A stretch of DNA of 64,000 nt from an uncultured Bacilli bacterium (GTDB lineage Bacteria > Bacillota_I > Bacilli_A > RF39 > UBA660): assembly GCA_934085585.1 (NCBI GenBank), contig CAKOHI010000007.1:5214-69213 (forward strand), written 5' to 3'. The position numbers and the translations under genes are program-made. Below are positions 53,239-62,451 of this stretch, piece by piece (positions within the stretch are counted from its first letter, which is position 1; the number at the start of each line of letters is the position of its first letter). A model generated the notes under the pieces. That model saw only the letters and a list, made by a program, of their open reading frames with translations. It was not told the origin of the DNA and did not search any database.

Positions 53239-53811
53239 CTAACTTCTGCCTCCTTTTTTATGAGAGTCAAATTTATCTTTAAGGGCATTATATTGAGATA
53301 CTAACACGGGATATTTTATAGCTAACTCATTAACTTTATTATCATAACTACCATGATACATATGAAAAATTAATTCCATTTGACTAACGCTTAACGAATG
53401 TTTTAATTGATATTTTAATAAAGCTAAAGTATCTTCTTCAGTCATTTTATAATTATAATTTATTTTTCTATTAGCAAGACGGGTTGCATCATTATCCTTA
53501 AATATATCAAGAATTGTTTGATATCTAGTTATGTCTTTCTTTTTATAAGCATCCACTAAAGAATTAAAGAAATTTATAAAATTTTCTTTTGCTTCTTCTT
53601 GAACGTTCATTCCTAATCTAAATAATCTATCTAGTGAATCTTGCTTATAATTATTTTTATAAATAAGTTCATAATATAAGTTTTTTTCATCAAATCCTAA
53701 TACTTCACTTAATGTTTCTAATCTTAAACCAAATGTTAAAGCTGATTCAACTATAAATTTTGTTCTTCTTTCTTTATTTGGGAACATTATAAATAAATAC
53801 TTTATTTCCAT
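53239..53811 (-). CDS. hypothetical protein, paralogue of the C-terminal domain of ORF 53813-54844
   Basis: Start set at the ATG at 53811 (AAAGGAAGGAAAATGTAAaATG, 1 nt after the upstream stop). Shared with the neighbour: FP.(E/K)E(K/R)R..FI......FGLRL, LKYQLK, P.LVS.(F/Y).(S/A)L.D(F/K)(Y/F).S..KG(R/G)(K/R). Confidence 0.6.
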   Translation of the reverse strand: MEIKYLFIMFPNKERRTKFIVESALTFGLRLETLSEVLGFDEKNLYYELIYKNNYKQDSLDRLFRLGMNVQEEAKENFINFFNSLVDAYKKKDITRYQTILDIFKDNDATRLANRKINYNYKMTEEDTLALLKYQLKHSLSVSQMELIFHMYHGSYDNKVNELAIKYPVLVSQYNALKDKFDSHKKGGRS

Positions 53812-53812
53812 T

Positions 53813-54844
53813 TTACATTTTCCTTCCTTTGTTATTGCTATTATAAAAATCACTTAAAGAGTCAAAATATGAAACAAGTCTTGGAATTTTATCCTTTAAA
53901 TTTCTAACTCTATCGGCATATGTTTTATGTTTTATAGAAAATTTTTCAGATATATAAGTTGTTGAATACAAATATTTTAGTTGGTATTTTAAAATCAATA
54001 TTATTTGTTCATCAGTTAAGTGACCATTTACTTTATCAAGACGACATTTTATAGCTTTATCTTCTAAATCCATTAAAACTTGAAAAATATATTTTCTAGG
54101 TTTATTTTTTACAGTCCAGACAAGTCTACTAAAATAGTATACAAAATTGCTCATTGCTTCTTCTTCGGAAATTAAACTGTGATTAAACACTCTCATGAGT
54201 GGTTCATATAAATCTTTGCTATTTTCTAAAACTAATTTTTTGGCTGTTTCTTCATCTGTTTGTAATATTTTTGCAACACACGGTAGTCTTAATCCAAATG
54301 TGAAAATACACTTTCTTATAAAAATCATTCTTTTTTCTTCAGAAGGAAAAAATTTAGTTAAATATTCACTTATGTGTGATTCTTTCACAAATTCATCTTT
54401 CATAACATAAGATTGCCCTTTTCTCGAGCTATGTTTTCTTAATGTTTCTAGTGATCTTCTAACCATATCATCTGTTATAATCTCCGGAGCTGTTTTGTTT
54501 AAATCTCTTAAACGGTTTGTTATATCGCGATAAACTGTATTTTCTGTTATTGACATTATGGCTGCAATTTCTGGAACAGATTTGTTATTTAAAACTAATA
54601 ATTTGTATTCTTCAATTATCCTTCTTCTAACACCCTCATCTTCAATAGTTTTTTCTGTATTTTCTTCAACTTTTTCTAATACTTTATAGTACTTTTCTAG
54701 ATCAATTTTTCTTAATCTTTCAGTAATGTTAGTTCTTACAGTTACATGTGATTGTCCCACTTCTTTAGCTATTTGTCTATAAGACATACCGCTTAAATAC
54801 ATATCTGCTTGGTTTATAATAAATTGCTTTTCTTCTTCACTCAT
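53813..54844 (-). CDS. protein with two SpoIIID-like HTH units + an uncharacterised C-terminal domain
   Basis: HTH unit 1: YLSGMSYRQIAKEVGQSHVTVRTNITERLRKIDLEKY. HTH unit 2: NKSVPEIAAIMSITENTVYRDITNRLRDLNKTAPE. Both resemble the SpoIIID motif (..IAKEFGVSKSTVHKDLTERLPEIN..). Start overlaps the lepA stop by 1 nt. Confidence 0.6.
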   Translation of the reverse strand: MSEEEKQFIINQADMYLSGMSYRQIAKEVGQSHVTVRTNITERLRKIDLEKYYKVLEKVEENTEKTIEDEGVRRRIIEEYKLLVLNNKSVPEIAAIMSITENTVYRDITNRLRDLNKTAPEIITDDMVRRSLETLRKHSSRKGQSYVMKDEFVKESHISEYLTKFFPSEEKRMIFIRKCIFTFGLRLPCVAKILQTDEETAKKLVLENSKDLYEPLMRVFNHSLISEEEAMSNFVYYFSRLVWTVKNKPRKYIFQVLMDLEDKAIKCRLDKVNGHLTDEQIILILKYQLKYLYSTTYISEKFSIKHKTYADRVRNLKDKIPRLVSYFDSLSDFYNSNNKGRKM

Positions 54845-56637
54845 TATTCATCACCTAAAACTGCCAAGAAAGCTTCTTGAGGAACTTCAACTGTTCCAAC
54901 CATTTTCATTCTTTTCTTTCCTTCCTTTTGTTTTTCTAATAATTTTCTTTTTCTAGAAACATCTCCGCCATAGCATTTTGCTAATACATTTTTCTTTAAT
55001 GCACTAATATTTTCTCTAGCTATTATTTTAGAGCCAATACTTGCCTGAATTGGAATTTGAAACATTTGTCTTGGAATTAGTTCACGTAATTTTTTTACTA
55101 TTGCTCTTCCTTTGGGATAGGCAAAATCTTTGTGTATAATAACACTTAGGGCATCAACAATTTCTCCATTAAGTAGTATATCCATTTTAACTAAACTACT
55201 TTCCTTATATCCACATAATTCATAATCAAATGAAGCATAACCTTTCGTAGTACTTTTTAGTCTATCATAAAAATCATATACTATTTCTGATAAAGGAATT
55301 TCATAGTGAACATCTATTCTAGTAGCATCAATGTAATCTACACTTTTATAAATGCCTCGTTTATTTTGACACAATTCCATTATTGCTCCGATATATTCAG
55401 ATGGTGCTATAATATTTGTATATATATAAGGTTCTTTTATAAAGTTTATTTTAGTTTTTTCTGGCATTTTAGATGGAGCATCCACATTTACAATAGAGCC
55501 GTCTGTTAGAGTTACTTCATAAACTACGCTTGGACTGGTAGCAATAATACCTATATTAAATTCTCTTTCAATACGAGTTATAATAACATCCATATGAAGA
55601 AGACCAAGAAAACCAATACGAAAACCAAATCCTAGGGCTTCACTTGTTTCTGGTTCAAAGGACAATGCAGCATCATTTAATTTTAATTTTATTAATGCTT
55701 CTTTTAATTCTTCATATCTATTTGGTTCAGTTGGAAATATACCGGAAAAAACCATTGGTTTCATTTTTTTATAACCCTTGATTGGTTCGGTTGCTTCACG
55801 ACCTACGACCGTGATTGTATCCCCGACTGATACGGTACTTATATCTTTAATTGATGCGGCAATATATCCTACTTCTCCGCTTTTAAGTTCATTATATTTT
55901 TCTTCTTTCGGAGTATGTACACCCAACTCTACGACCTCAAATGTGCTATTTGTCGCCATCATTTTTATTGTATCCCCAATTTTTATCTTACCATCTACTA
56001 ACTTAACTAGTAAAACAACACCACGATAAGGATCAAAGTATGAATCAAATATTAAAGCTCTTGTTGGTTTATCTACATTTATTTTAGGTTCGGGTATTTT
56101 TTCAATTACAGCATCTAAAATATCTTGGACTCCTTCACCAGTTTTAGCACTACATAAAATTATATCGTTTTCATTAAAACCTAATACGTCCATAAGTTCT
56201 TTCTTAACTCTTGGAATATCAGCATTTGGTAAATCTATTTTATTAATAACTGGTATAATCGTCAAATCTTGTTCCATAGCAAGATATAGGTTAGCTAATG
56301 TTTGAGCTTCAATACCTTGAGCAGCATCCACAACTAAAATAGCACCTTCACAAGCTGCTAGACTTCTTGATACTTCATAAGAAAAGTCGACATGACCTGG
56401 GGTATCAATTAAATTAATAACATAATCTTCATCTTTATATTTATAGTTTAATTTTACAGCATTTAATTTAATCGTTATTCCTCTTTCACGTTCAAGATCC
56501 ATATTATCTAAAATTTGGTCTTTCATTTCTCTTTTGGAAACAGCACCGGTAAGTTCTAAAAGTCTATCTGCTAATGTACTTTTTCCATGATCTATATGAG
56601 CTATTATTGAAAAATTTCTAATATTTTCTTTTTTCAT
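54844..56637 (-). CDS. lepA: translation elongation factor 4 (LepA)
   Basis: [33 protein letters not shown], and the LepA-specific C-terminus (...[38 protein letters not shown]). Confidence 0.97.
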   Translation of the reverse strand: MKKENIRNFSIIAHIDHGKSTLADRLLELTGAVSKREMKDQILDNMDLERERGITIKLNAVKLNYKYKDEDYVINLIDTPGHVDFSYEVSRSLAACEGAILVVDAAQGIEAQTLANLYLAMEQDLTIIPVINKIDLPNADIPRVKKELMDVLGFNENDIILCSAKTGEGVQDILDAVIEKIPEPKINVDKPTRALIFDSYFDPYRGVVLLVKLVDGKIKIGDTIKMMATNSTFEVVELGVHTPKEEKYNELKSGEVGYIAASIKDISTVSVGDTITVVGREATEPIKGYKKMKPMVFSGIFPTEPNRYEELKEALIKLKLNDAALSFEPETSEALGFGFRIGFLGLLHMDVIITRIEREFNIGIIATSPSVVYEVTLTDGSIVNVDAPSKMPEKTKINFIKEPYIYTNIIAPSEYIGAIMELCQNKRGIYKSVDYIDATRIDVHYEIPLSEIVYDFYDRLKSTTKGYASFDYELCGYKESSLVKMDILLNGEIVDALSVIIHKDFAYPKGRAIVKKLRELIPRQMFQIPIQASIGSKIIARENISALKKNVLAKCYGGDVSRKRKLLEKQKEGKKRMKMVGTVEVPQEAFLAVLGDE

Positions 56638-56683
56638 CTTTTTTCACCCCTTTAATTGTACCAAAAAAACATATAAAAGTCAT

Positions 56684-56710
56684 TAAAAAAGTTGGATTCT
56701 ATGCCAACTT
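56684..56710 (-). terminator. intrinsic terminator upstream of lepA (apparently orphaned from spoIIP-yqxA by the Rpn insertion)
   Basis: Minus strand: AAGTTGG-catagaat-CCAACTT followed by TTTTAATG. No minus-strand gene ends near it. Confidence 0.5.
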
Positions 56711-56925
56711 GTAGTCTTTGTATTCTAATTTAAAACCTAAAAAAAATAAGATAGTCTAGATTTTTTAGATTTCAAATTTTTCAAAAAATTTGTCTTTTAC
56801 TTTTCCCTAGAAATGGAATGAAATGATGCAAATATCCCGATTTATATCGATTTTTGACGGATGATTTTTCTTGCAATGTTAGCTATTTGTGCTTTAAGAT
56901 ATAAACTTATCGAAGGAGGATTTTT

Positions 56926-57843
56926 ATGTCAAATAAATTAATAGAAAAAGAAAAAACAAAAGAAGTCTTTTATGGATTTAATTATGATAAGATGTTTAAA
57001 GCAATATTCGTGGGATTTAATGAAGACAGAACTCACTTACTTTGTGAACTTTTAAGTGAATGTTTAGATATCAAAATTGATCGAATAATTAAATTTATTC
57101 CAGTAGAATTAAGTGCTAGGCAAAAAAATGAAAGAAGCAAAAGACTTGATTTGCTCGTAGAGTCTCAAGGAAGAAAAATAAATCTTGAACTTAATTCATC
57201 ATATAGTGAGATTACCAAGGTAAGAAATATAAACTTTTATTTTTCATTCTGTAGTCAAAAGACATTAGTAAGTGAAGCATATGATACTGTTTCAGAGTTT
57301 ATTCATATTTCATTAAACTACAAAGTAAAATCTAGTGATCCATTAATAACATGTTACACATTTTATGATAAGAATTATAAAAAGGAATTGGATAATCGTT
57401 TCAAATATTATGAAGTCAACGTTGAAAAGTTTGCTAAACTTTGGTATGATAAAGATATGAAAAGTGCTAGAGAAAAGCCACTTTTAACAATGCTAGGAAT
57501 AAAGAATAAGGAAGATTTAGAAAAGTATTGTAGTGAGATAAATAACTCTAGTGTTAAGGAGAGTGTTGATAAATTGAAAAGATTAAATAAAGATGATGTA
57601 TTCATATATGATATTACTCCGGAAGAAGAGGAAAAGTACATTAAAAATACCGAAAGGAATATTGCAAAAAGAGAAGGATTAAAAGAAGGTCTTGAAAAAG
57701 GATTAGCTGAAGGACTTAAATCTGGTAAAATAGAAGCTCAACGTGAGATGACTATAAACTTATTAAAAGAAAACATTCCAATAAAAAAGATTGTGGCTGT
57801 AACAGGATTAAGTGAAGAAGAAATAAAAAAATATAGATATTAG
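56926..57843 (+). CDS. Rpn-family recombination-promoting nuclease / putative transposase (PD-(D/E)XK)
   Basis: FNYDKMFKAIF..., RLDLLVESQGRKINLELNSS (D...E.K-type nuclease core), FIHISLN. C-terminal EGLKEGLEKGLAEGLKSG repeats + IVAVTGLSEEEIKKY. Plus strand, in a minus-strand block. Confidence 0.7.
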   Translation: MSNKLIEKEKTKEVFYGFNYDKMFKAIFVGFNEDRTHLLCELLSECLDIKIDRIIKFIPVELSARQKNERSKRLDLLVESQGRKINLELNSSYSEITKVRNINFYFSFCSQKTLVSEAYDTVSEFIHISLNYKVKSSDPLITCYTFYDKNYKKELDNRFKYYEVNVEKFAKLWYDKDMKSAREKPLLTMLGIKNKEDLEKYCSEINNSSVKESVDKLKRLNKDDVFIYDITPEEEEKYIKNTERNIAKREGLKEGLEKGLAEGLKSGKIEAQREMTINLLKENIPIKKIVAVTGLSEEEIKKYRY

Positions 57844-57976
57844 TAAATAAATTTAAACGTAATTGTGTAGTGTATTTTTAATATCAAATTTAAATTAGTA
57901 TGCTAATTTATGTATAGAATTTGTTAAAGACATGAAAAGCGATAGAAAAAAACACTTTTAACAATATAGTTTATTA

Positions 57977-58300
57977 TTAAAAAAATAAAACTTTTATAGC
58001 ATCCCAAGCCCCACTAAAACCTTCGGTAAAAATTTTAGTTACTGCTTCACTTATTTTTTCACCTGATTCTGTAAATTTATTGCTGTAATCAACATTATTA
58101 TTTGATATATATGTATTAACATCGACATTTTTTCCTTCTAAAACATCTTGTTCAAACTTTTTTATAGCTTCATCAGTTAACGCAACTTTATTACTTAATT
58201 TTGTTTCATAAAAACCACTGACACTTGATATGTATAATCCCATAAATATAATAAAAGATGTACTTAAAAATTTTTTAAACCAATTATTCTTTTTTTTCAT
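57977..58300 (-). CDS. yqxA: YqxA-like small membrane protein (DUF3679)
   Basis: N-terminal TM helix + about 75 aa. Overlaps the spoIIP stop by 17 nt. Its position after spoIIP matches B. subtilis spoIIP-yqxA. Confidence 0.55.
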   Translation of the reverse strand: MKKKNNWFKKFLSTSFIIFMGLYISSVSGFYETKLSNKVALTDEAIKKFEQDVLEGKNVDVNTYISNNNVDYSNKFTESGEKISEAVTKIFTEGFSGAWDAIKVLFF

Positions 58301-59231
58301 TTTCTAAATACTCATAAATGACTTTAGCCACTATTTTTAGAGTATTGTTCACCTCCTCTATGTAATTATATTGACCACCTACTTCTATAAGTATTGTATT
58401 TTGATTAAAATCTTGATTATATTTGCCATTAACCCCGGGGCCTTTTTTTTCTAATACTCCACGACTTAATGAAGGATTTATTTCTTTTACTTTTTCATTA
58501 AGGTGCTTTGCTAAAGCTAAATTTTTTTCGTAATTATCATGCTCAAGCCCTACTACAAACAAAATTTTTGCATATTTTTTACCTTCTATTTCTAGAACTG
58601 TTCGTTCATATGAGGCTGCATCACGATGTAAATCTATAAAGAAATTTAAACTAGGATTTTCTTTATAAGCATTTTCCATTAAAATTCTACTTGCTTTATA
58701 ACTGTATCCATATTTCCAACCATTAGTATTTAATACATCTACGATGCTATTTTCTTCAACAATAGATGATATTCCTAAATCTTGTAAATACTCTTTTAAG
58801 ATATGACTCGCAATGAACACAGTATTATTTATATTAAAACTTTCTAAAAAATTACTGTTGTAGCCTTCTGTTTGATGAGTATTAAAAATATATACTAATG
58901 GTTCTTTATTAGTTGTTTTATCATTGTTTTCTTCATTTTTTATAACTGGTGTAACAATATCTACATTTGTACCGGTATTTATTTTTTCAATTCCAAAAGA
59001 ATATTTTAATAAAAATTCTGTTGATGAAAGTCGTTTTAAATCATTTAAATCATAATTACTAAATGAATCTTTTACTAAATAACCTAGATATGTATTATTA
59101 TCCATTTCTATATCAATTTTATCGTATAATAATTTAAATGTTACTATAAAAGATATAATTATTAAAATAATTACTAATATTAGTTTTAAAATTTGACTTT
59201 TTAATCCATTTCTTAATTTTAATCTAGACAT
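58284..59231 (-). CDS. spoIIP: stage II sporulation protein P
   Basis: TM anchor. VYIFNTHQTEGY (family motif IYHTH..E.Y), FIDLHRDA, ILFVVG..., ILIEVGG. Start set at the ATG at 59231 behind AAAGGGTGAG. Confidence 0.85.
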   Translation of the reverse strand: MSRLKLRNGLKSQILKLILVIILIIISFIVTFKLLYDKIDIEMDNNTYLGYLVKDSFSNYDLNDLKRLSSTEFLLKYSFGIEKINTGTNVDIVTPVIKNEENNDKTTNKEPLVYIFNTHQTEGYNSNFLESFNINNTVFIASHILKEYLQDLGISSIVEENSIVDVLNTNGWKYGYSYKASRILMENAYKENPSLNFFIDLHRDAASYERTVLEIEGKKYAKILFVVGLEHDNYEKNLALAKHLNEKVKEINPSLSRGVLEKKGPGVNGKYNQDFNQNTILIEVGGQYNYIEEVNNTLKIVAKVIYEYLENEKKE

Positions 59232-59337
59232 TTTCTCACCCTTTAATACATTATATACTATTAACTGCATATAATTTGTCGAAAGGAATACTTTAAATTA
59301 AAAAAATTTTAGTTTATAATATTTATAGGTGATTCAT

Positions 59338-60411
59338 ATGGATAATTTAGTAAAATATGTAAAAGAGAATAAAAATAAAACTTTTAAAGACTATCCGTTT
59401 AATGAAATTGATGCCGCGATATATTCAATTTTACCATACATTAATTTTATGGGAATTATAAATGATAAAATAACTATTAAAGATGCTTATGAAAAAACAA
59501 GGAATCGTTTTTTATTAAAGTATCAAGATAAATTTTTAGAAAAGAATAAAGAGTTATTTAAAGAAATGGCTAGTTCAATTAGATTTAAAGATAATATTAT
59601 TACTAATTATAAAAAACTTGTTAATCATGAAACACAATTTGCAGCGATTGCAATTAAAGTTCCTGGACATTTTAAATATATTGCTTTTGAAGGAACTGAT
59701 GATGAACTAGTGGGTTGGGAAGAAAATTTTAAAATGTCTTATATGTACCCGATTCCTGCTCAAGAACATGCCATTAATTTTTTAAAGAAAAATATTAAAT
59801 TTGATGATTTTGTTGTTTATGTCGGAGGGCATTCTAAAGGTGGTAATCTGGCAATTAGTGCAGTAATGGAACAAAATATTTTAAAGAAATATCAAATTGA
59901 TTATATATTCAATTTTGATGGGCCTGGTTTTTTAACAGAAATTATAAATTTGAAGAAGTTAAAAAGTGTCTCTAAAAAAATTAAAAACTATTATCCCGAA
60001 GAAAGTGTCGTAGGAATGATATTTGATTCACTCGGAGATAAATTTATAGTTAAAAGTAATGCTCATCAAGTGTTTCAACATAATATTCATACATGGAAAT
60101 GGAATAATAATAAATTTATAAACTGTCAATTATCAAATTATTCAAAAGACTTTCATCTAAAAATTGAAAATATCTTAAAGAAGTTTTCTAAAGAGGAACG
60201 AAAAAGATTTGTAAATTTATTTTTTAACCTTTTATATAATGCTGGTTTTGTTTTAAAAAGTGAAATTAATAAAGTTAATCTAATAAGAATGAAAAATATT
60301 TTAAAAGAAACAACTAGTCTTACAAATGAAGATAGAAAACTGATGCTAGAAATGTTTAAAGCTTTAATAAAACATGATAATAAAGATGAAGATAATAATG
60401 ATTTAAAATAA
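59338..60411 (+). CDS. DUF2974/Mbeg1-like alpha/beta hydrolase (lipase-like)
   Basis: FEGTDDELVGWEENF and the nucleophile elbow GGHSKGGNLA. Start set at the ATG at 59338 behind AGGTGA. Confidence 0.65.
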   Translation: MDNLVKYVKENKNKTFKDYPFNEIDAAIYSILPYINFMGIINDKITIKDAYEKTRNRFLLKYQDKFLEKNKELFKEMASSIRFKDNIITNYKKLVNHETQFAAIAIKVPGHFKYIAFEGTDDELVGWEENFKMSYMYPIPAQEHAINFLKKNIKFDDFVVYVGGHSKGGNLAISAVMEQNILKKYQIDYIFNFDGPGFLTEIINLKKLKSVSKKIKNYYPEESVVGMIFDSLGDKFIVKSNAHQVFQHNIHTWKWNNNKFINCQLSNYSKDFHLKIENILKKFSKEERKRFVNLFFNLLYNAGFVLKSEINKVNLIRMKNILKETTSLTNEDRKLMLEMFKALIKHDNKDEDNNDLK

Positions 60412-60504
60412 AATTTTAGCTTTTTAAGATAATTATGCTAAAATTACTTGCTAAATGCTTAATTTTTTGTTAAAATTAATAAGAAACAAGGAAGGAGCTG
60501 GATT

Positions 60505-60768
60505 ATGCCAAATATTAAAAGTTCAAAAAAAGCTGTTAAAGTAATTGCTAAAAAAACAGAAAATAATCATGAACTAAAGATGCGTGTTCAAAACCTTATT
60601 AAGAACTGCGAAAAAGCTATTGCTGCTGCAAATAAAGAAGAAGCAGATAAATTAATTAAAGATATTCAAAAATATACAGATAAAGCAGTTAGCAAAGGTT
60701 TAATTAAGAAAAATACTGCTGATAGAGAAAAATCTAGATTGACACAAAAAGTTAAAAATATGAAGTAA
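60505..60768 (+). CDS. rpsT: 30S ribosomal protein S20
   Basis: MPNIKSSKKAVKVIAKKTENNHELKMRVQNLIK... is the S20 pattern. SD GGAAGGAG. Confidence 0.9.
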   Translation: MPNIKSSKKAVKVIAKKTENNHELKMRVQNLIKNCEKAIAAANKEEADKLIKDIQKYTDKAVSKGLIKKNTADREKSRLTQKVKNMK

Positions 60769-60819
60769 CAATTGTTTACTTTATTTTTTTTTGATATTAT
60801 ATATGTAAGGTGGTGCAAC

Positions 60820-61767
60820 ATGAAGAAGGCTTTAATACCAGTTTTATCAATTATTATTCTATCTTTAACTTTGTATTTTATTAATCCCATTACAGATAAA
60901 CTTGCTAGTGTTTTTGAAAACGAGCCTAAATTAGTAATTAAAAAAGCTAATGAATTTACAAAAAATGGAAATTATTTATTTGTCCAAAAAACTGATAATT
61001 TTACTCCCTACTCATATCAAGATTTATTAAATATTTTTTATTCAGTCATAGATAATGGTTGGAATGAATTTACGTTTTATTGTCCTAAAGAATATACTAA
61101 ATGTTTAGCTGATGTTTCAAAAATAAGTGGTGATGAATTAATACTTACACATTTAAATAATTACTCTCACCCTTTTAATAGTTTTACGAATGTTAAAACA
61201 AGTATTTCTGATTCTGGGGAAATAACCTTTAAAGTTTTTTATTTATATGATCAAAAGGAAATAAATGATATTAATACAAAAGTTAATGGTATAATTAATT
61301 CTGTTATAAAAGATAATATGGATGATACACAAAAAATTAAGGCTATTCATGATTATATTATTGATAATGCTAAATATGATGTAGAAAGAAATTTAACAGG
61401 CAATAGTAATTATAAATCTTATAATGCTTATGGGCCTTTGTTTCAAGGATTTGCAACATGTAATGGCTATACCGATTTAATGGCAATATTTTTAACTAAA
61501 ATGGGATTTGATAATTATAAGATTGCCACTACTCCGGATGAAATAAGTTATTCAGCAACTGGGCATATTTGGAATGCTGTAAATGTTGATGGTAAATGGT
61601 TACATTTAGATCTTACTTGGGATGATCCGGTTAGTAATGATAGTAAAGATTATTTATTTCATACTTATTTTTTGAAAACCACAGAAGAAATAAAAGATGC
61701 TGATAAAGGCGATACAGTTATTGAAGAACATAATTTTAATAGTCTTTATTATTTGGAATTTAATTAA
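60820..61767 (+). CDS. transglutaminase-like cysteine protease domain protein, membrane-anchored
   Basis: Start set at MKKALIPVLSIIILSL (ATG at 60820 behind AAGGTGGTG). The Cys-His-Asp core is FATCNGYTDLMAIFL, TGHIWNAV, LHLDLTWDD. Confidence 0.75.
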   Translation: MKKALIPVLSIIILSLTLYFINPITDKLASVFENEPKLVIKKANEFTKNGNYLFVQKTDNFTPYSYQDLLNIFYSVIDNGWNEFTFYCPKEYTKCLADVSKISGDELILTHLNNYSHPFNSFTNVKTSISDSGEITFKVFYLYDQKEINDINTKVNGIINSVIKDNMDDTQKIKAIHDYIIDNAKYDVERNLTGNSNYKSYNAYGPLFQGFATCNGYTDLMAIFLTKMGFDNYKIATTPDEISYSATGHIWNAVNVDGKWLHLDLTWDDPVSNDSKDYLFHTYFLKTTEEIKDADKGDTVIEEHNFNSLYYLEFN

Positions 61768-61798
61768 ACTAAAAAGGATAGCTAATTTGCTATCTATT

Positions 61799-62160
61799 TT
61801 AATTTATCCTTATCGGTTCGTTCATGGTCCCTACCCCTGATACATACATAATTGAAGAATCAAGAAAGAAGGAAGGTCTTACTCCATACATGTAGTTATC
61901 CATAGCACTAGCGATACTACCATCATTGAAAACCCCAAACGCTTTAGAATCGGCTGAATTACGAGAAATTGTCCATTCCCAGCAACCCCCATATAACCAA
62001 TTTTCTCCTTTAGCATATCCATAACCTTTTGTAATATCACTTTCATTTTTACCAACCAACTTCCATGCACTTGGGTTCCTGTATATTGTGACAAAACATA
62101 TTCAGCTAAGGTCATTGAAGGAACTACATAAATATCAAAATAAACATAACATTTATCTGA
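61799..62160 (-). pseudogene. decayed 3' remnant of a third copy of the adhesin C-terminal module
   Basis: The last 86 codons (..GENWLYGGCWEWTISRNS...YGVRPSFFLDSSIMYVSGVGTMNEPIRIN) align with the C-termini of ORFs 21637-22926 and 12001-13824. Upstream similarity (..VVPSMTLAEYVLS..) continues in another frame (track ORF 61879-62115). There is no signal peptide or N-domain. The 5' boundary is approximate. Confidence 0.6.
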
Positions 62161-62206
62161 TATATTACCTGAAAATATTGTGATACGATTTTTACGTGGT
62201 GAAGAT

Positions 62207-62431
62207 ATGAAAATACTTTGTAATAAATATAATACTAAAGAAATTATTAAGTTTATGAGAGATTGTACTGAAAAAACGCAAGCTGAATTTGCTAATGATT
62301 TAAATAAAAAAAGAGGCTGGACAGCTAAACTTGAAGGCGGAGAAACAAATATAGCATTAAAAGACTTCTTAACTTTAGCTAAAATTAATAATATTGATAT
62401 AATTATAGTTAGTAAAAATGAAAAAATCTAG
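62207..62431 (+). CDS. small XRE-like HTH protein
   Basis: TEKTQAEFANDLNKKRGWTAKLEGG is an HTH-like segment. Start set at the ATG at 62207 behind GGTGAAG. Confidence 0.5.
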   Translation: MKILCNKYNTKEIIKFMRDCTEKTQAEFANDLNKKRGWTAKLEGGETNIALKDFLTLAKINNIDIIIVSKNEKI

Positions 62432-62451
62432 TATTTTGTTACTAGATTTTA

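Noticed and set aside
61879-62115. 78-aa minus-strand ORF as an independent gene
   Set aside because: It is an alternative frame of the decayed adhesin-module remnant, with no SD. I treat it as part of the pseudogene.
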